Shown one piece after another: positions 46,736 to 57,058 of a stretch of 64,000 nt of DNA (its first letter is position 1; each line of letters begins with the position of its first letter). The translations under genes and the position numbers were made by a program. This DNA is from Vulcanimicrobiota bacterium (GTDB taxonomy: Bacteria > Vulcanimicrobiota > Xenobia > Xenobiales > JADMJV01), in NCBI GenBank assembly GCA_050250895.1, contig JBFWNU010000005.1:9235-73234 (forward strand). The letters are read 5' to 3'. The notes below the pieces were generated by a model, which was given only the letters and a program-made list of their open reading frames with translations, was not told the origin of the DNA and did no database searches.

Positions 46736-47209
46736 CTAAACGCTGACCTTGCCTTTGAGCACGTCCAGGAAGGCGCGCACCAGGTCGCTGGTGCTGAGCA
46801 CTCCCACCACCACTTTGTCGCGGGTCACCACCACCCGGTGGATGCGAAAGTTGGTGAGGAGTTCGGCGGCCGCCCGCAGCTCAGCATCCTCTTCGATGTC
46901 GAGCACCAGCTTGGTCATGATCTCTCCCACGAATTTGTCGCTGGGGTCGGGCTCCATCAGTTCGACGTAACGCCAGGAGGGGTTCACGTAGTACTCGGTC
47001 AGCTCGGGGTCGCTGCCTTTAGCCGTCTCGCGGGCGACGTCAGATAGCGAGACCACGCCCTGTAGCTTGCCTTCTCGGTCGACCACCGGAGCTCCGGTGA
47101 TCTGCTTCTTGCTCAGCAGAGCCGTCAGTTCCGGTACCGGCATCTCGGGGGTAACGCAGATCGGCTCTCGTTGCATATAGTCACGAACCTTCATATCGGC
47201 TCCCTTCAT
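46736..47209 (-). CDS. CBS domain pair protein
   Basis: Two CBS motifs (VTPEMPVPEL...GAPVVD; GEIMTK...HRVVVT). Confidence 0.75.
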   Translation of the reverse strand: MKGADMKVRDYMQREPICVTPEMPVPELTALLSKKQITGAPVVDREGKLQGVVSLSDVARETAKGSDPELTEYYVNPSWRYVELMEPDPSDKFVGEIMTKLVLDIEEDAELRAAAELLTNFRIHRVVVTRDKVVVGVLSTSDLVRAFLDVLKGKVSV

Positions 47210-48135
47210 TTTCCCACACCTATCTCGAATAGGCCCGTTGAATCGGCTCGGGCGCGGGCCATGCCGGCAGTGTTAAACGGCATGACCGTGTGTCCCTGGC
47301 GGTCTACCGCGATGAGACCGCCACAGTCGTCAGGCAGGCTGGCGATGGCCGCGCGAGCAGCCTCGTCCAGGCTAACCTGTTGGTAAAGCATGCGGGCGCT
47401 GACGTCGTGGGCCAGGGCCCGGCGAATGAACTCTTCGCCGGTGCCGGTGCAAGACACGGCGCAGCTGGCGTTGTCGGCATAGGTGCCGGCCCCGATCAGG
47501 GGGCTATCGCCGATGCGGCCCCAGCGCTTGTTGGTCAGGCCTCCAGTCGAGGTGGCCGCGGCCAAATTGCCCTGGCGGTCGCGAGCCACGCAGCCGACCG
47601 TTCCTTTTTTCTTTTCTTGCAGCTGAAGGCGACGCTTTTCGGTCGAGAAATAGCTGTTGTCGACTCGCTCCACCCCGCATTCGGCGGCGAACTCTTCGGC
47701 TCCAGCCCCGGCGAGCAGGACGTGAGGAGTATCGGTCATGACGCGGTGGGCCAGTTTGATGGGGTTCTTGACCGTCTTGACCCCGGCCACCGCCCCGCAG
47801 CGATGGTCGCGTCCGTCCATGACGGCGGCGTCGAGTTCATGCTGGCCGGCGGCGTTGAAGACAGCGCCCTTGCCGGCGTTGAAATAGGGCGAATCTTCGA
47901 GCATGGCCACCACCGTCTCGACGCATTCGAGACTCGTGCCGCCCTGTTCGAGAAGGCGGCTACCGGCGCGGAGCGCGGCTGTAAGGGTCTGTTGATAGCC
48001 TTGCAGTTCGTCGGCCGACAGGCGAGCTGGATCGGCGCCCGCGCCGCCGTGGATGACCAGGGCCCAATCGGGCGACTCGGCCCAGCCCGGAGCCAGGGCG
48101 CACAAGCAAAGCATCAGCATGAGAGAGCGTCGCAT
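47206..48135 (-). CDS. iaaA: Isoaspartyl peptidase / L-asparaginase (Ntn hydrolase, IaaA-like)
   Basis: ALVIHGGAG, GTVGCVARD (Thr nucleophile), GGLTNKRWGRIGDSP. Start at internal Met MRRSLMLML giving a signal peptide. Confidence 0.8.
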   Translation of the reverse strand: MRRSLMLMLCLCALAPGWAESPDWALVIHGGAGADPARLSADELQGYQQTLTAALRAGSRLLEQGGTSLECVETVVAMLEDSPYFNAGKGAVFNAAGQHELDAAVMDGRDHRCGAVAGVKTVKNPIKLAHRVMTDTPHVLLAGAGAEEFAAECGVERVDNSYFSTEKRRLQLQEKKKGTVGCVARDRQGNLAAATSTGGLTNKRWGRIGDSPLIGAGTYADNASCAVSCTGTGEEFIRRALAHDVSARMLYQQVSLDEAARAAIASLPDDCGGLIAVDRQGHTVMPFNTAGMARARADSTGLFEIGVGK

Positions 48136-48230
48136 CCCAGGCACTTCGTAACCCGCGACAAACCTCCCTGGGGCCAGCCGGCAAGCTCTTGGCAACAAAT
48201 CGTTCGAAGGCTGGCTGATAGACTCCAGCC

Positions 48231-49115
48231 ATGGTCTCGACTCACTACACGCACTATCACTCGGGCAACACCCAGGATGTCCGCCCCCGTCATCGGGGCG
48301 GGCTGGCTCTGATTGGCGGAGGCGCCGATGTGGATTCGGCCTTTCGCTACTTAATCGACCGGGGCGGAGGCGGCGACTTCCTGGTGCTGCGGGGCAGCGG
48401 CGCCGACGGGTATCAGGACTATGTCAGCGAGCTGGGCGGGGCCAACTCGGTCGAAACGCTGGTGCTTCACGATCACGAAGCGGCCAGCGACCCTTTCGTG
48501 CTCGAGCGGATCGAACGAGCCGACGCCATCTTTCTGGCCGGCGGGGATCAGTGGAACTACGTGGGCAAGTGGAAGGGGACCCCTTTGCTCGAGGCGCTCA
48601 ATCGGGCTTTGCTCAACGGAGTGCCCATGGGAGGCACTTCGGCCGGGCTGGCCGTGCTGGGCGAGCATGTTTTCACGGCCGAGCGCGACACCATCACCAG
48701 CCAGCAGGCCATGGCCGACCCCTATCATCCGGCCTTGACGCTAGAGTCGGACTTTCTGAAAGCTCCCGCTCTGGAGGGTGTCATTACCGACAGCCACTTT
48801 TCTCAACGCGAGAGGATGGGGCGGTTGGTGAGTTTCATGAGTCGCCTCGAGCCCTCGACCGTGGGTATCGGCGTGGATGAGGCCACCGCCGTCCTGGTGG
48901 ATGGCCACGGTCACGGCGACGTGGTGGGGGAGGGAGCGGCCTATTTCGTGCGGGGGGACGGGCCGCCCGAGCATTGTCTGCCCGGAGAACCTCTGACCTT
49001 CGAGGGGTTGCACGGCTATCGCGTCGAAGCCGGTCAACATCTCGATCTGCCCCAGTGGACCAGTGATGGCACACCGCTGGCGGTCTCGGTCAGAGAGGGC
49101 ACGTTAGTGGATTGA
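48231..49115 (+). CDS. cphB: Cyanophycinase (peptidase S51, CphB-like)
   Basis: LIGGGAD, FLAGGDQ, GTSAG (Ser nucleophile), HFSQRERMGRL. Divergent from the isoaspartyl peptidase gene. Confidence 0.75.
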   Translation: MVSTHYTHYHSGNTQDVRPRHRGGLALIGGGADVDSAFRYLIDRGGGGDFLVLRGSGADGYQDYVSELGGANSVETLVLHDHEAASDPFVLERIERADAIFLAGGDQWNYVGKWKGTPLLEALNRALLNGVPMGGTSAGLAVLGEHVFTAERDTITSQQAMADPYHPALTLESDFLKAPALEGVITDSHFSQRERMGRLVSFMSRLEPSTVGIGVDEATAVLVDGHGHGDVVGEGAAYFVRGDGPPEHCLPGEPLTFEGLHGYRVEAGQHLDLPQWTSDGTPLAVSVREGTLVD

Positions 49116-49132
49116 AGGATAAAAAGGAGCGG

Positions 49133-49738
49133 ATGCCGGTTGGCGACGCCGCTCGCAACAAGCTGATCGCCTATGGCATCGTGGCCGCCCTGGTGGGAGT
49201 GATGGCCGTATTGGGCGTGCGCTCGGTATCGGGCCCTCAGCTGTATAAGGGCGACAAGCTCGAGACCATGACCTGTCGTCTCTGCGACGGCACCGGCCAG
49301 GTCAATGGTGAGCGCTGCAAGGGTTGCCTGGGGGCCAAGAAGGTGAAGGTCATCCTCCCCGGGCCCGAGCATCCCGTCGAGGTGCGAGGCACGGTGCGCG
49401 ATGCGAGCGCTTTCAAAGACCGCGAAGAGGCCCAACAGATGGCCGACGCCGAGCCTTACAAGGCCGGTTTGAACGTGGTCAAGGGTGCGGTCAGGGGGGC
49501 GGTCATCCGCTTCGCCGGAGACGACAACACCATCAAGATCGACGGCAAAGCCACCGGCCGCTATCGCTGCGCCCTCAAGCCCGGCAACTACAAGGTGACG
49601 GTCGAGGCCGAGGGGTTCGCGCCCTACCAGCAAGAGCTGACCGTCGAGCCTTTGAAAGACCCGGTTTGGCCCGATATGCCCGGGGTACCTGACGACGACC
49701 ATCAGAGCCTCGACCTGAACTTGATTCTCACCCGCTGA
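49133..49738 (+). CDS. Hypothetical membrane-anchored protein with CxxCxGxG zinc-finger motif and carboxypeptidase-regulatory-like beta domain
   Basis: AAAGGAG RBS 4 nt before the ATG at 49133; CRLCDGTGQVNGERCKGCLG. Confidence 0.5.
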   Translation: MPVGDAARNKLIAYGIVAALVGVMAVLGVRSVSGPQLYKGDKLETMTCRLCDGTGQVNGERCKGCLGAKKVKVILPGPEHPVEVRGTVRDASAFKDREEAQQMADAEPYKAGLNVVKGAVRGAVIRFAGDDNTIKIDGKATGRYRCALKPGNYKVTVEAEGFAPYQQELTVEPLKDPVWPDMPGVPDDDHQSLDLNLILTR

Positions 49739-49788
49739 GTGTCAGCACCTGTCCTGCGTTTTTCGGTGAGGGGGTTTATACTCTAGGG

Positions 49789-50658
49789 ATGCGCCATCTG
49801 CTTTTGTTGTTGCTTTTCACCGCACCGGTTCTGGCCCAGATTTCGCCACCCGACAAGGCCAGGCTGGTGGGCTCGGACCCGGTGGTGACCTTTCGCTGGC
49901 CAGGCAAGGCCAACCAGTCGTATTTCTTGCAGATCCTGGCCGGAACCGCCGAGGCTTACGCCGAGTCCGTGAAAGGCAATTCGATCCAGCTGCGTCTGCG
50001 TCCCGGACCGCTGTATCGTTGGAAGGCCAGCCAGATCGTGGGAGGCGGCTATCGAACGGTGGCGGAAGGCCAGTTTCAACTCAGCTCGGACCTGGTCTTC
50101 GATTTCAACGGTCGACGTGGCCGGGACGGCCTCGAGGCACCTCGGTCAGGCAGCTACAGCCTTCCTCACGAGGGGGGCAGAGGAGAGGCGGGAGGCAATG
50201 CGCCCAACCTGCGCATCGAACTGGTGCCGGGGGAGGAATACACCGCGGTCACCATCACGGGCGCACCGGCAATTCGCCGCTTTTTGTTATTGCCCGGCAG
50301 CCAGCCTCTGCAAATCTTCGCTCAAGGGGGTGATGGCGGCAGCGGGGGGGCAGGCTCTCAGGGCTATCCGGGCTATTTTGAATTCTACAACGGCTACGTC
50401 ACCTACACGGGCGTGCCGGGTGGAAACGGAGGCCCGGGTGGACCGGGAGGTAATGGGGGCAACGTGGTGATCGACGGCCCCCCCGACCTGGTCGAGGTCC
50501 ACAACGAAGGAGGGCGCGGTGGTGAGGGCGGTCTGGCCGGAGCCAGTTCGCGCCCATACAACACGCCTCCCTACGGCTATAGCTATCCCCAGATCGCCGA
50601 TGGGCGGCCCGGTCCGGCCGCCCCCGATGGACGCGATGGTGTGGTGACGCGCCGCTAG
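49789..50658 (+). CDS. Secreted Gly/Pro-rich hypothetical protein
   Basis: Signal peptide MRHLLLLLLFTAPVLA; GGNGGPGGPGGNGGN low-complexity C-terminus. Confidence 0.5.
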   Translation: MRHLLLLLLFTAPVLAQISPPDKARLVGSDPVVTFRWPGKANQSYFLQILAGTAEAYAESVKGNSIQLRLRPGPLYRWKASQIVGGGYRTVAEGQFQLSSDLVFDFNGRRGRDGLEAPRSGSYSLPHEGGRGEAGGNAPNLRIELVPGEEYTAVTITGAPAIRRFLLLPGSQPLQIFAQGGDGGSGGAGSQGYPGYFEFYNGYVTYTGVPGGNGGPGGPGGNGGNVVIDGPPDLVEVHNEGGRGGEGGLAGASSRPYNTPPYGYSYPQIADGRPGPAAPDGRDGVVTRR

Positions 50659-51008
50659 ATGTCGAAAGTGAAGCTGCTGTTGGTGAAGCCGCCGTTTTGC
50701 TGCGCGGCCTGATCGAACTGCATGCGCTCGACGGTCCAGCGAACCGGCCAGATGCCGCGCTTTTCAGAGAAGTGCTCGAAGGTCTGGGTCTCGCCGTCTT
50801 GACTGACGGTCACTTTGTCGCGGGTGCCCAAATCGTTGTCAAAGAAGCTGCCAGCCTTGATCTGGCCCTCGGGTAGGGCGAGGTCGGTGGTCACCTCGTA
50901 ACGGTCGCCTTTGACGGAGATCTGTTGGGGGTGGTCGGCGGCGGCCTTCTGGATGCCGGTCTTGACGGCGTGATAACGAGCGACGATTTCCTGCTTGCTC
51001 TGGATCAT
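50655..51008 (-). CDS. Hypothetical protein
   Basis: 117-aa ORF, convergent 4-nt overlap with the upstream gene. Confidence 0.4.
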   Translation of the reverse strand: MIQSKQEIVARYHAVKTGIQKAAADHPQQISVKGDRYEVTTDLALPEGQIKAGSFFDNDLGTRDKVTVSQDGETQTFEHFSEKRGIWPVRWTVERMQFDQAAQQNGGFTNSSFTFDI

Positions 51009-51046
51009 GGGATCCTCCTTGTCCAGGCGAGCCTAAGGCAGTGGCC

Positions 51047-51469
51047 TTAAAAAATCGTGACTAATGCCTGGCAGAAAGCCTCGACCTCGGCCGGAATTCC
51101 CGAACCATAGTTGCTGTGCTGGCGTTGGCCGTTCCAGCCGCAGAGATAGTTGGTGAACCCGCCGCTACCCAGATCTTCACCGAGTTCGAGGGTGTAGAAC
51201 CCGGGAGGGTCAGTGGTAAAGCGAAGGGCCACGAAGTGGGCTTCGGGAGGTTCGGCCGGCGGTGGCAGCACCAGCACGTGAAGGCCGTTCTGGTGATGGC
51301 TAAACGAGAGCGGCGGAGGAGGCAGGTCGCTGGGAGTGGTGTGCATGCCGGCATGGACCCACAGGCGCCGCAGCAGCGTGGGCTCTTCGAGCAGGCGCCG
51401 GGCCGAGGCCGGGTCGGAAAAGACCAGGTCGGGCAGCACGCGGTGAACAAAGGCATAGTGTTGGGTCAT
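51047..51469 (-). CDS. Hypothetical protein
   Basis: 140-aa ORF, ATGA-coupled to the upstream gene. Confidence 0.4.
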   Translation of the reverse strand: MTQHYAFVHRVLPDLVFSDPASARRLLEEPTLLRRLWVHAGMHTTPSDLPPPPLSFSHHQNGLHVLVLPPPAEPPEAHFVALRFTTDPPGFYTLELGEDLGSGGFTNYLCGWNGQRQHSNYGSGIPAEVEAFCQALVTIF

Positions 51470-51972
51470 ACCCGATAACCTTCCAATGGGATGCCCGCAT
51501 CGAAGTGAACCTGACCACCCTCGGTGGTTTCGAAAACATCCAGGAACCGTCCGCCGTGAAGTTTCATGCCGAAGGCTCTGGGAGTGACCTTGAGCCAGCC
51601 CATGATGCTGTACTCTTCGCTAGCTCTGGTGACCACGTAAGGGCGTTCGAGGGAGCCGTCGCCCGTGGCCAACAAGGCCTCGCGCAGCTTCTGAGCAAAG
51701 TAGAATTCGAGATCGCTCGCTTTTTCGTCGCCCTTTTTTTCGGCCACCACGCCGAGCGCGATGTGCAGCCCCGGGTTGAGGAGATGGTTGGGAAACTGGG
51801 CTCGGGCCATTTCTTCGGCCTCGTCCAATCGCTCGGCTTCGATCAGCTCCCACACCTGGTCGGGAGCGGCCTGCTCGGGCCGAAAGGCTTCGAGGTCGAT
51901 TACCTGTTGACGCAGGGTTTCATAGGTGGGAAGCCCCGGCTCGCGCAAGAAGTTGACCACCAGCTCGTGCAT
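51466..51972 (-). CDS. Hypothetical protein
   Basis: 168-aa ORF. Confidence 0.45.
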   Translation of the reverse strand: MHELVVNFLREPGLPTYETLRQQVIDLEAFRPEQAAPDQVWELIEAERLDEAEEMARAQFPNHLLNPGLHIALGVVAEKKGDEKASDLEFYFAQKLREALLATGDGSLERPYVVTRASEEYSIMGWLKVTPRAFGMKLHGGRFLDVFETTEGGQVHFDAGIPLEGYRV

Positions 51973-51994
51973 CGTGACGACTTTGCCACCGGGT

Positions 51995-52666
51995 TCAACT
52001 TCCCTTCGATGTCAGTATGACCGGGTGAATCGACCGTGGGCTTCCTCCCAGGAGAACGGTCGTCAACTGGCCCGCTTCCAGGTCGACTGCGAACGGAGTC
52101 AACTCGAAGGTGGAGCCGGCGGGGTGGAGCTGGAACAAGTGGTGACCGGCCTCGAGGTCGAGGATTTCGCTGCAGTGTGCATATTCCAATCCCGCTATCA
52201 GCTCACGGTCGGCCTCCACCAGGTCCAGGCCAACGAGGGTGGGCACCGCGTGCATCACCCGAAGGCTGGCGTGGTTTTTGTCTGTCCGGACGTGGTCGCG
52301 CAATACTCGCAGTTGCGGGCCATAGCCCCTGGCCGAGTGGTATTCTTGCCCTTCAAAACGGGCTCGGAAGTGGTCCCAGACACCGGTCTTGGAGCGGGCC
52401 GACGGCAGGCCGAAGAAGACCAGTGTCATGGGCTGGGCGGGCAGGCCCAGGCGTTGCGAGAGGAGTGGCCGGCCGGCTTGCTGCAAAGTGATTCGGGTGA
52501 CCTCGGCGGGGTTTTGCCAGGGCCCGACTGGTTGCCCGGTCGGCAAAGTGACCGTCCGCTCGCCGATCGAGACCTTGAGGTCCTGGGCTTCAACCAGGCT
52601 GACGCAACGCACGCGGCCCCAGGTTGGGGTGGTGAGCAGACAGAGCACGAGTAACAGCCTAGCCAT
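51995..52666 (-). CDS. Secreted hypothetical protein
   Basis: Signal peptide MARLLLVLCLLTTPTWG. Confidence 0.4.
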   Translation of the reverse strand: MARLLLVLCLLTTPTWGRVRCVSLVEAQDLKVSIGERTVTLPTGQPVGPWQNPAEVTRITLQQAGRPLLSQRLGLPAQPMTLVFFGLPSARSKTGVWDHFRARFEGQEYHSARGYGPQLRVLRDHVRTDKNHASLRVMHAVPTLVGLDLVEADRELIAGLEYAHCSEILDLEAGHHLFQLHPAGSTFELTPFAVDLEAGQLTTVLLGGSPRSIHPVILTSKGS

Positions 52667-53924
52667 CCGTAGCCACCCTTTGCAGCAGATAGGGTCGCCC
52701 CAGGAAGATCAGGGCCACCGTCACCAGGAATAATGCCAGCGGAACGGTGGCCGAGATCGCCAGTCGAATCACCAGGAAGACTCCGACCACCGACCCTACC
52801 GCCATCCCCGCCAGGGCGATCCAGGAGTGCGAGTCGAGCTCGTGATAAGCGATCACATTGACCACGCCGAAAGTCACCAGAAAGGCCAGAGAGGCGGTCT
52901 CGACGAGCACCGACAGCGAGCCGGTGGTGGCCAGCACTGTGGCCATGCTTCCCAGGCAAACTACCGCGAAGCTGGGCACCTCCCGTTCATTGGTCCGCTC
53001 GAACACCGCCGGCAGTTCGCCTTCCTCGGCAATGCGAGCGGCGAGCTGGGCGGACGAGAACAGGGTCGAATTGATGGCCGCCGAGGTAGCCATGGCGGCG
53101 GCCACGGTCAGGACGATCAGACCCGGGTAGCCCACTGCCTGATAGGCGGCCAGCGAGAGAGCCACTTGCTTTTTTTCGATCACGGCCAGGGCCCCCGCCA
53201 GGCTGGTCGTTCCCAGGGCCACCAGGACGTAGAGGGCGATCACGAAAACGACGGCGCTGACCACCACCGGCACCAGGTACCGCTGGGGGTTCTCGATCTG
53301 CTCGTACTCGTAGGCCACCAGCTGAAACCCCTCGTAGGACACGAAAATCGAGGCTGCTCCGATGAGCGCCGTCCAGCCTGGCTGCGGTTCGATGCCGGCG
53401 ACCAAATTGACCGGTTGGAAATGGAGCAGGCCGTAGACAGCCAGCGCTGCCAGGACAAACAGGTTGGCTGAGACAGTCGCGATCTCCAGGCCCTTCATCT
53501 TGCCGACGCCGCCCAGATTCAAGCTGATCAGGCTAACCATTGCGAGTAGGGCCAGGCCCCGGGTCCAGGCCGGACTGCCCCCAAAGGCGTAGGCCACGTA
53601 CTGCCCAAAGGCAAAGGCATAGAGGGCGATGGTCAGCACGTAGCCCAGCAGCAGGATCCAGGCGAGCGAGCCGGCCGGTCCTTCCATCTCAAGCTCTTCG
53701 AGAAACTCGAAGGCTCCACCGGAGCGCCCAAAGTGATTCGAGAGGCGGCAGTAGTTGATGGCGCTAGGTAGGGCTACCACGCCAGCCAGTAGCAGGCTGA
53801 GCCAGGCCCATTGGCCGGCCAGGCCCACCACCACACCCAGGGCCGTGTAGATTCCTCCGCCGACCATACCTCCGGCCACCAACGACCAGAGAGCGATGGG
53901 CCCGATCTTTTGCTGGTCGCTCAC
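52659..53924 (-). CDS. APC-superfamily amino acid/polyamine permease
   Basis: 12 predicted TM segments and APC-family N-terminal motif (SLVAGGMVGGGIYTALG). Confidence 0.75.
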   Translation of the reverse strand: MSDQQKIGPIALWSLVAGGMVGGGIYTALGVVVGLAGQWAWLSLLLAGVVALPSAINYCRLSNHFGRSGGAFEFLEELEMEGPAGSLAWILLLGYVLTIALYAFAFGQYVAYAFGGSPAWTRGLALLAMVSLISLNLGGVGKMKGLEIATVSANLFVLAALAVYGLLHFQPVNLVAGIEPQPGWTALIGAASIFVSYEGFQLVAYEYEQIENPQRYLVPVVVSAVVFVIALYVLVALGTTSLAGALAVIEKKQVALSLAAYQAVGYPGLIVLTVAAAMATSAAINSTLFSSAQLAARIAEEGELPAVFERTNEREVPSFAVVCLGSMATVLATTGSLSVLVETASLAFLVTFGVVNVIAYHELDSHSWIALAGMAVGSVVGVFLVIRLAISATVPLALFLVTVALIFLGRPYLLQRVATDG

Positions 53925-54040
53925 GACTTCATGCTAAAAGAAGAACGGCGAGCTCGGCAGAGCCGATAGGGTCGTGAGGGGGGCATCCCTATGGGTAGGC
54001 CCCAGCGGGTATTTCAACCCACCCGCGAGAATGGCCCGGG

Positions 54041-54973
54041 ATGCAACCCCGATCGATGGTGTTCATCGGCAGCAAAGAGCTCGGCTACCAAATCCTGACG
54101 GCCACTCTTGAAGCGTTCCCCGGCAAGATCACTGCGGTGGTGACCCTCGACGACCGTCAGGACCAGCGTAGCTGCTATGACCTGCTGGTCGAACTGGGCC
54201 AACGGCACCAGCTGCCTGTCTACACGCTCGACAAACCCTCGCAATTGGCCGCGGTGCTCACTCGGGAAAGTCCTGACCTGTGCCTGGTGGTGGGTTGGTA
54301 CTGGCTCATCCCCGAGGCTCTTCTGAACGCCGTGCCCGCTGGCTTCGTGGCCATCCATAACTCGCTTTTGCCCCGCTATCGGGGTGGCTCGCCTCTGGTG
54401 TGGGCCTTTCTCCAGGGAGAGACCGAAGTGGGGTTTTCGGTGTTTCGGCTACAACCGGGCCTCGATGACGGTCCGCTCTGGGCCCAGCACCGCGTCCCGG
54501 TGCACCCCGACGACTACATCGGTGACCTGCTAGCGCGCGTCAATGGGGCGGTGGTGGCCGCCTGGCCGTCGGTGCTTTCCACTATCGTGGACGGTCAGGA
54601 GCCCAGTCCGCAGAGGGACCATGGAGTGACGTTCTGCGGCTTGCGGGCCCCCTGGATGGGGCAGATCGACTGGTCTTTGCCGGCCGATGACCTCGAGCGC
54701 TTTGTGCGGGCTCAGTCGCGGCCTTATCCCGGTGCCTTCAGTTTCTATCAGGGCCGAAAGGCTATCGTCTGGAGGGCTCGCCGCTTCGAGCATCCTTACC
54801 TGGGCGTGCCGGGGCAGGTCCTGACCCTCAAGCCGCAACTGCTCGTGGCGTGTGGCGACCACCGCGCCCTGGTGCTCGAGGAGATGGAGTTTGAAGACGG
54901 CGCAGACCCGATCCAGTCTCTAGCCATCCCGCTCGGGTCTAGCCCTCAGACACCGACGGCAACGACACGCTGA
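54041..54973 (+). CDS. Formyltransferase-family protein (Fmt / ArnA-N-like)
   Basis: HNSLLPRYRGGSPL catalytic motif. The probable true start is the internal MVFIGS at 54056. Confidence 0.7.
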   Translation: MQPRSMVFIGSKELGYQILTATLEAFPGKITAVVTLDDRQDQRSCYDLLVELGQRHQLPVYTLDKPSQLAAVLTRESPDLCLVVGWYWLIPEALLNAVPAGFVAIHNSLLPRYRGGSPLVWAFLQGETEVGFSVFRLQPGLDDGPLWAQHRVPVHPDDYIGDLLARVNGAVVAAWPSVLSTIVDGQEPSPQRDHGVTFCGLRAPWMGQIDWSLPADDLERFVRAQSRPYPGAFSFYQGRKAIVWRARRFEHPYLGVPGQVLTLKPQLLVACGDHRALVLEEMEFEDGADPIQSLAIPLGSSPQTPTATTR

Positions 54974-56321
54974 AACAAGAGCCTTGCCCGGGTGCACTTC
55001 GGACTGACACCGAGCCGCCCGCGCTTTCGACCGCGGCTTTGACCAGCGCCAATCCCAGACCGCTTCCTCCGGCGCTGCGAGCAGGATCGACCCGAAAAAA
55101 CCGTTCAAAGATTCTCTCTTGATGCTGGGCCTCGATACCCGGTCCATTGTCTGCCACTTCCAGGCGCAACCCGCCTGGCTCGGGCCTAGCCGTCAGGCCT
55201 ACCCTTCCGCCGGCCGGCGTGTACTTGATGCCGTTGTCGAGCAGGTTGACGGTCAACAGTTCCAGAGCCTGGGACGAAAGCGCCACCCGAGGCAGGTCTT
55301 GACTCAGCTCGACCACGAGTTCTGTCTGGCGCTCCTCGGCCCCAGGTCTCACCGCCTCCACGGCCCGTTTGAGCGCCTGGCTGACTTCGCAAGAAGCCCC
55401 GCTCCTGCGCGACTCCTCCAGCCTGGTCAGGTCCAGCAGCGTGTTGGCCAGGCTGGCCAGGCGGTCGATCTGGTCATCGAGTTCGCTCAGATAGCGCCGG
55501 GTCAGCTCCTCATCTTCGAGTCCACCATCCAGCAGAGCCTCGGTTCTTAGTTTCATGCGCGTCAGGGGAGTGCGCAATTCATGGCTTGCATCTCCGACGA
55601 ACCGGCGTTGGCGTTCGACCGAAGCGCGCAACTCGGTCAGCATGGTGGCGAAGGCTTGGGCCAGCGAGGCTATCTCGTCGTCGCCGGTAACCGCTACAGG
55701 GGCTTGCCAGTCGCCGCTGGCCACCTTCAAAGCGCTGTCCTCGAGTTGTCGCAGTGGACCCACCAACCGGCGACTGAGGGCAACCCCACCCACGAGAGCC
55801 AACAGCAGGGTGACCAGGCTGACGACGGCCATCCGCAGGCGGAGGCTGCGGCTGCGAGCCTCGGCCCGGGTCCGCCCTATCGCCAATCGAACCACCCCCA
55901 GGGGCCCGCCCCGGTGCGAGATGGGGGCCACCGCATAGACCCATTCGGCGTCGAGTCGATGCAACGGGCGGCCTGCCAGGGCCTCGGAGAGTTCTCGGCG
56001 CACCAGCCCGCCTTCTCCGGCCAGCGGGTGTCCGCTACGATCGGTCACCAGCACGGTAGCGCCGCTTCGCTGGGCCACCTGGGCGGCCCAACTGGCCAGA
56101 TGCGGCAATTCCTCGTAGTCACCCTCTTCGAGTTCATGGAGGTAGCCCGAGAGCGGGTCCTCGAGGTAGCGAGCAGCCAGCAGCGCTTGAATTTGAAGAT
56201 GATTGGCGCTTTCTTCGAGCTGGGCCTCGGAGACGAGCTGTCCAACCCCCAGATTGACCAGCAGCAGAGCCAGGCTCAAGAGCCCGCCGATCACGGCCAG
56301 GATCCGGTGTTGGATTCTCAA
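54939..56321 (-). CDS. Sensor histidine kinase (TM - HAMP - HisKA - HATPase_c)
   Basis: ASHELRTPLT H-box, GGSGLGLALV G-box. Confidence 0.8.
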   Translation of the reverse strand: MRIQHRILAVIGGLLSLALLLVNLGVGQLVSEAQLEESANHLQIQALLAARYLEDPLSGYLHELEEGDYEELPHLASWAAQVAQRSGATVLVTDRSGHPLAGEGGLVRRELSEALAGRPLHRLDAEWVYAVAPISHRGGPLGVVRLAIGRTRAEARSRSLRLRMAVVSLVTLLLALVGGVALSRRLVGPLRQLEDSALKVASGDWQAPVAVTGDDEIASLAQAFATMLTELRASVERQRRFVGDASHELRTPLTRMKLRTEALLDGGLEDEELTRRYLSELDDQIDRLASLANTLLDLTRLEESRRSGASCEVSQALKRAVEAVRPGAEERQTELVVELSQDLPRVALSSQALELLTVNLLDNGIKYTPAGGRVGLTARPEPGGLRLEVADNGPGIEAQHQERIFERFFRVDPARSAGGSGLGLALVKAAVESAGGSVSVRSAPGQGSCFSVSLPSVSEG

Positions 56322-57058
56322 GCGTCCGCCAGGCGGTAGCCCACGTTTCGCACCGTCAAAATGAGTTGAGGGCGACTCGGGTCCTGCTCGAGCTTCTCGC
56401 GAAGCCAGCGAATGTGCACATCCAGAGTCTTGGGGTCGCCGATCCAGTCGGCTCCCCAGACTGCTGCCAGCAACCGTTCGCGTTCGACCACCGCTCCGTT
56501 GGCCTCGAGCAAACCGCGCAACAGTTCGAACTCCCGAAAGGATAGATGAACCGGCTGGCCATCTCGCCGCACTTCACGCCGGGACAGGTCGACCATCAGA
56601 TGACCCAGTCGCCGCTCGCTTTTCTCCTCTGTGTAGCCGACCCGGCGCAGGTTGGCCCGCACTCTGGCCAGCAGTTGACGTGTCCCGAAAGGCTTGACGA
56701 TATAGTCGTCGGCTCCCAGTTCCAGTCCGACCACCTGATCCGACTCTTCGCCTCGGGCCGTGACCATCAGAATCGGCACGGTGCTGAAACGCCGGATCTC
56801 GCGACAGACCTCGAGCCCATTCATTTTCGGCAGCATCAGATCCAGCAGCACCAGGCTCGGCGCCTGGGTGCGGGCCATTTCAAGTCCGGTCTGGCCATCA
56901 AACGCCTGCAGAACCTCGAAGCCCTCGCGACGCAAGGCCAGACCCAGCGGGTCCTGAATCATCGGGTCATCCTCGATCAGCAGGATTTTCTCGGCGGCCA
57001 CCCTGGCTTGATTTGTGCCTGGCGAGGGGGCGTCCTTCCCGCGCTTAGTCGTCATCAT
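56318..57058 (-). CDS. OmpR-family response regulator
   Basis: ILLIEDD...LDLMLP receiver plus trans_reg_C (GYRL). ATGA overlap with the kinase. Start moved to the internal Met. Confidence 0.8.
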   Translation of the reverse strand: MMTTKRGKDAPSPGTNQARVAAEKILLIEDDPMIQDPLGLALRREGFEVLQAFDGQTGLEMARTQAPSLVLLDLMLPKMNGLEVCREIRRFSTVPILMVTARGEESDQVVGLELGADDYIVKPFGTRQLLARVRANLRRVGYTEEKSERRLGHLMVDLSRREVRRDGQPVHLSFREFELLRGLLEANGAVVERERLLAAVWGADWIGDPKTLDVHIRWLREKLEQDPSRPQLILTVRNVGYRLADA

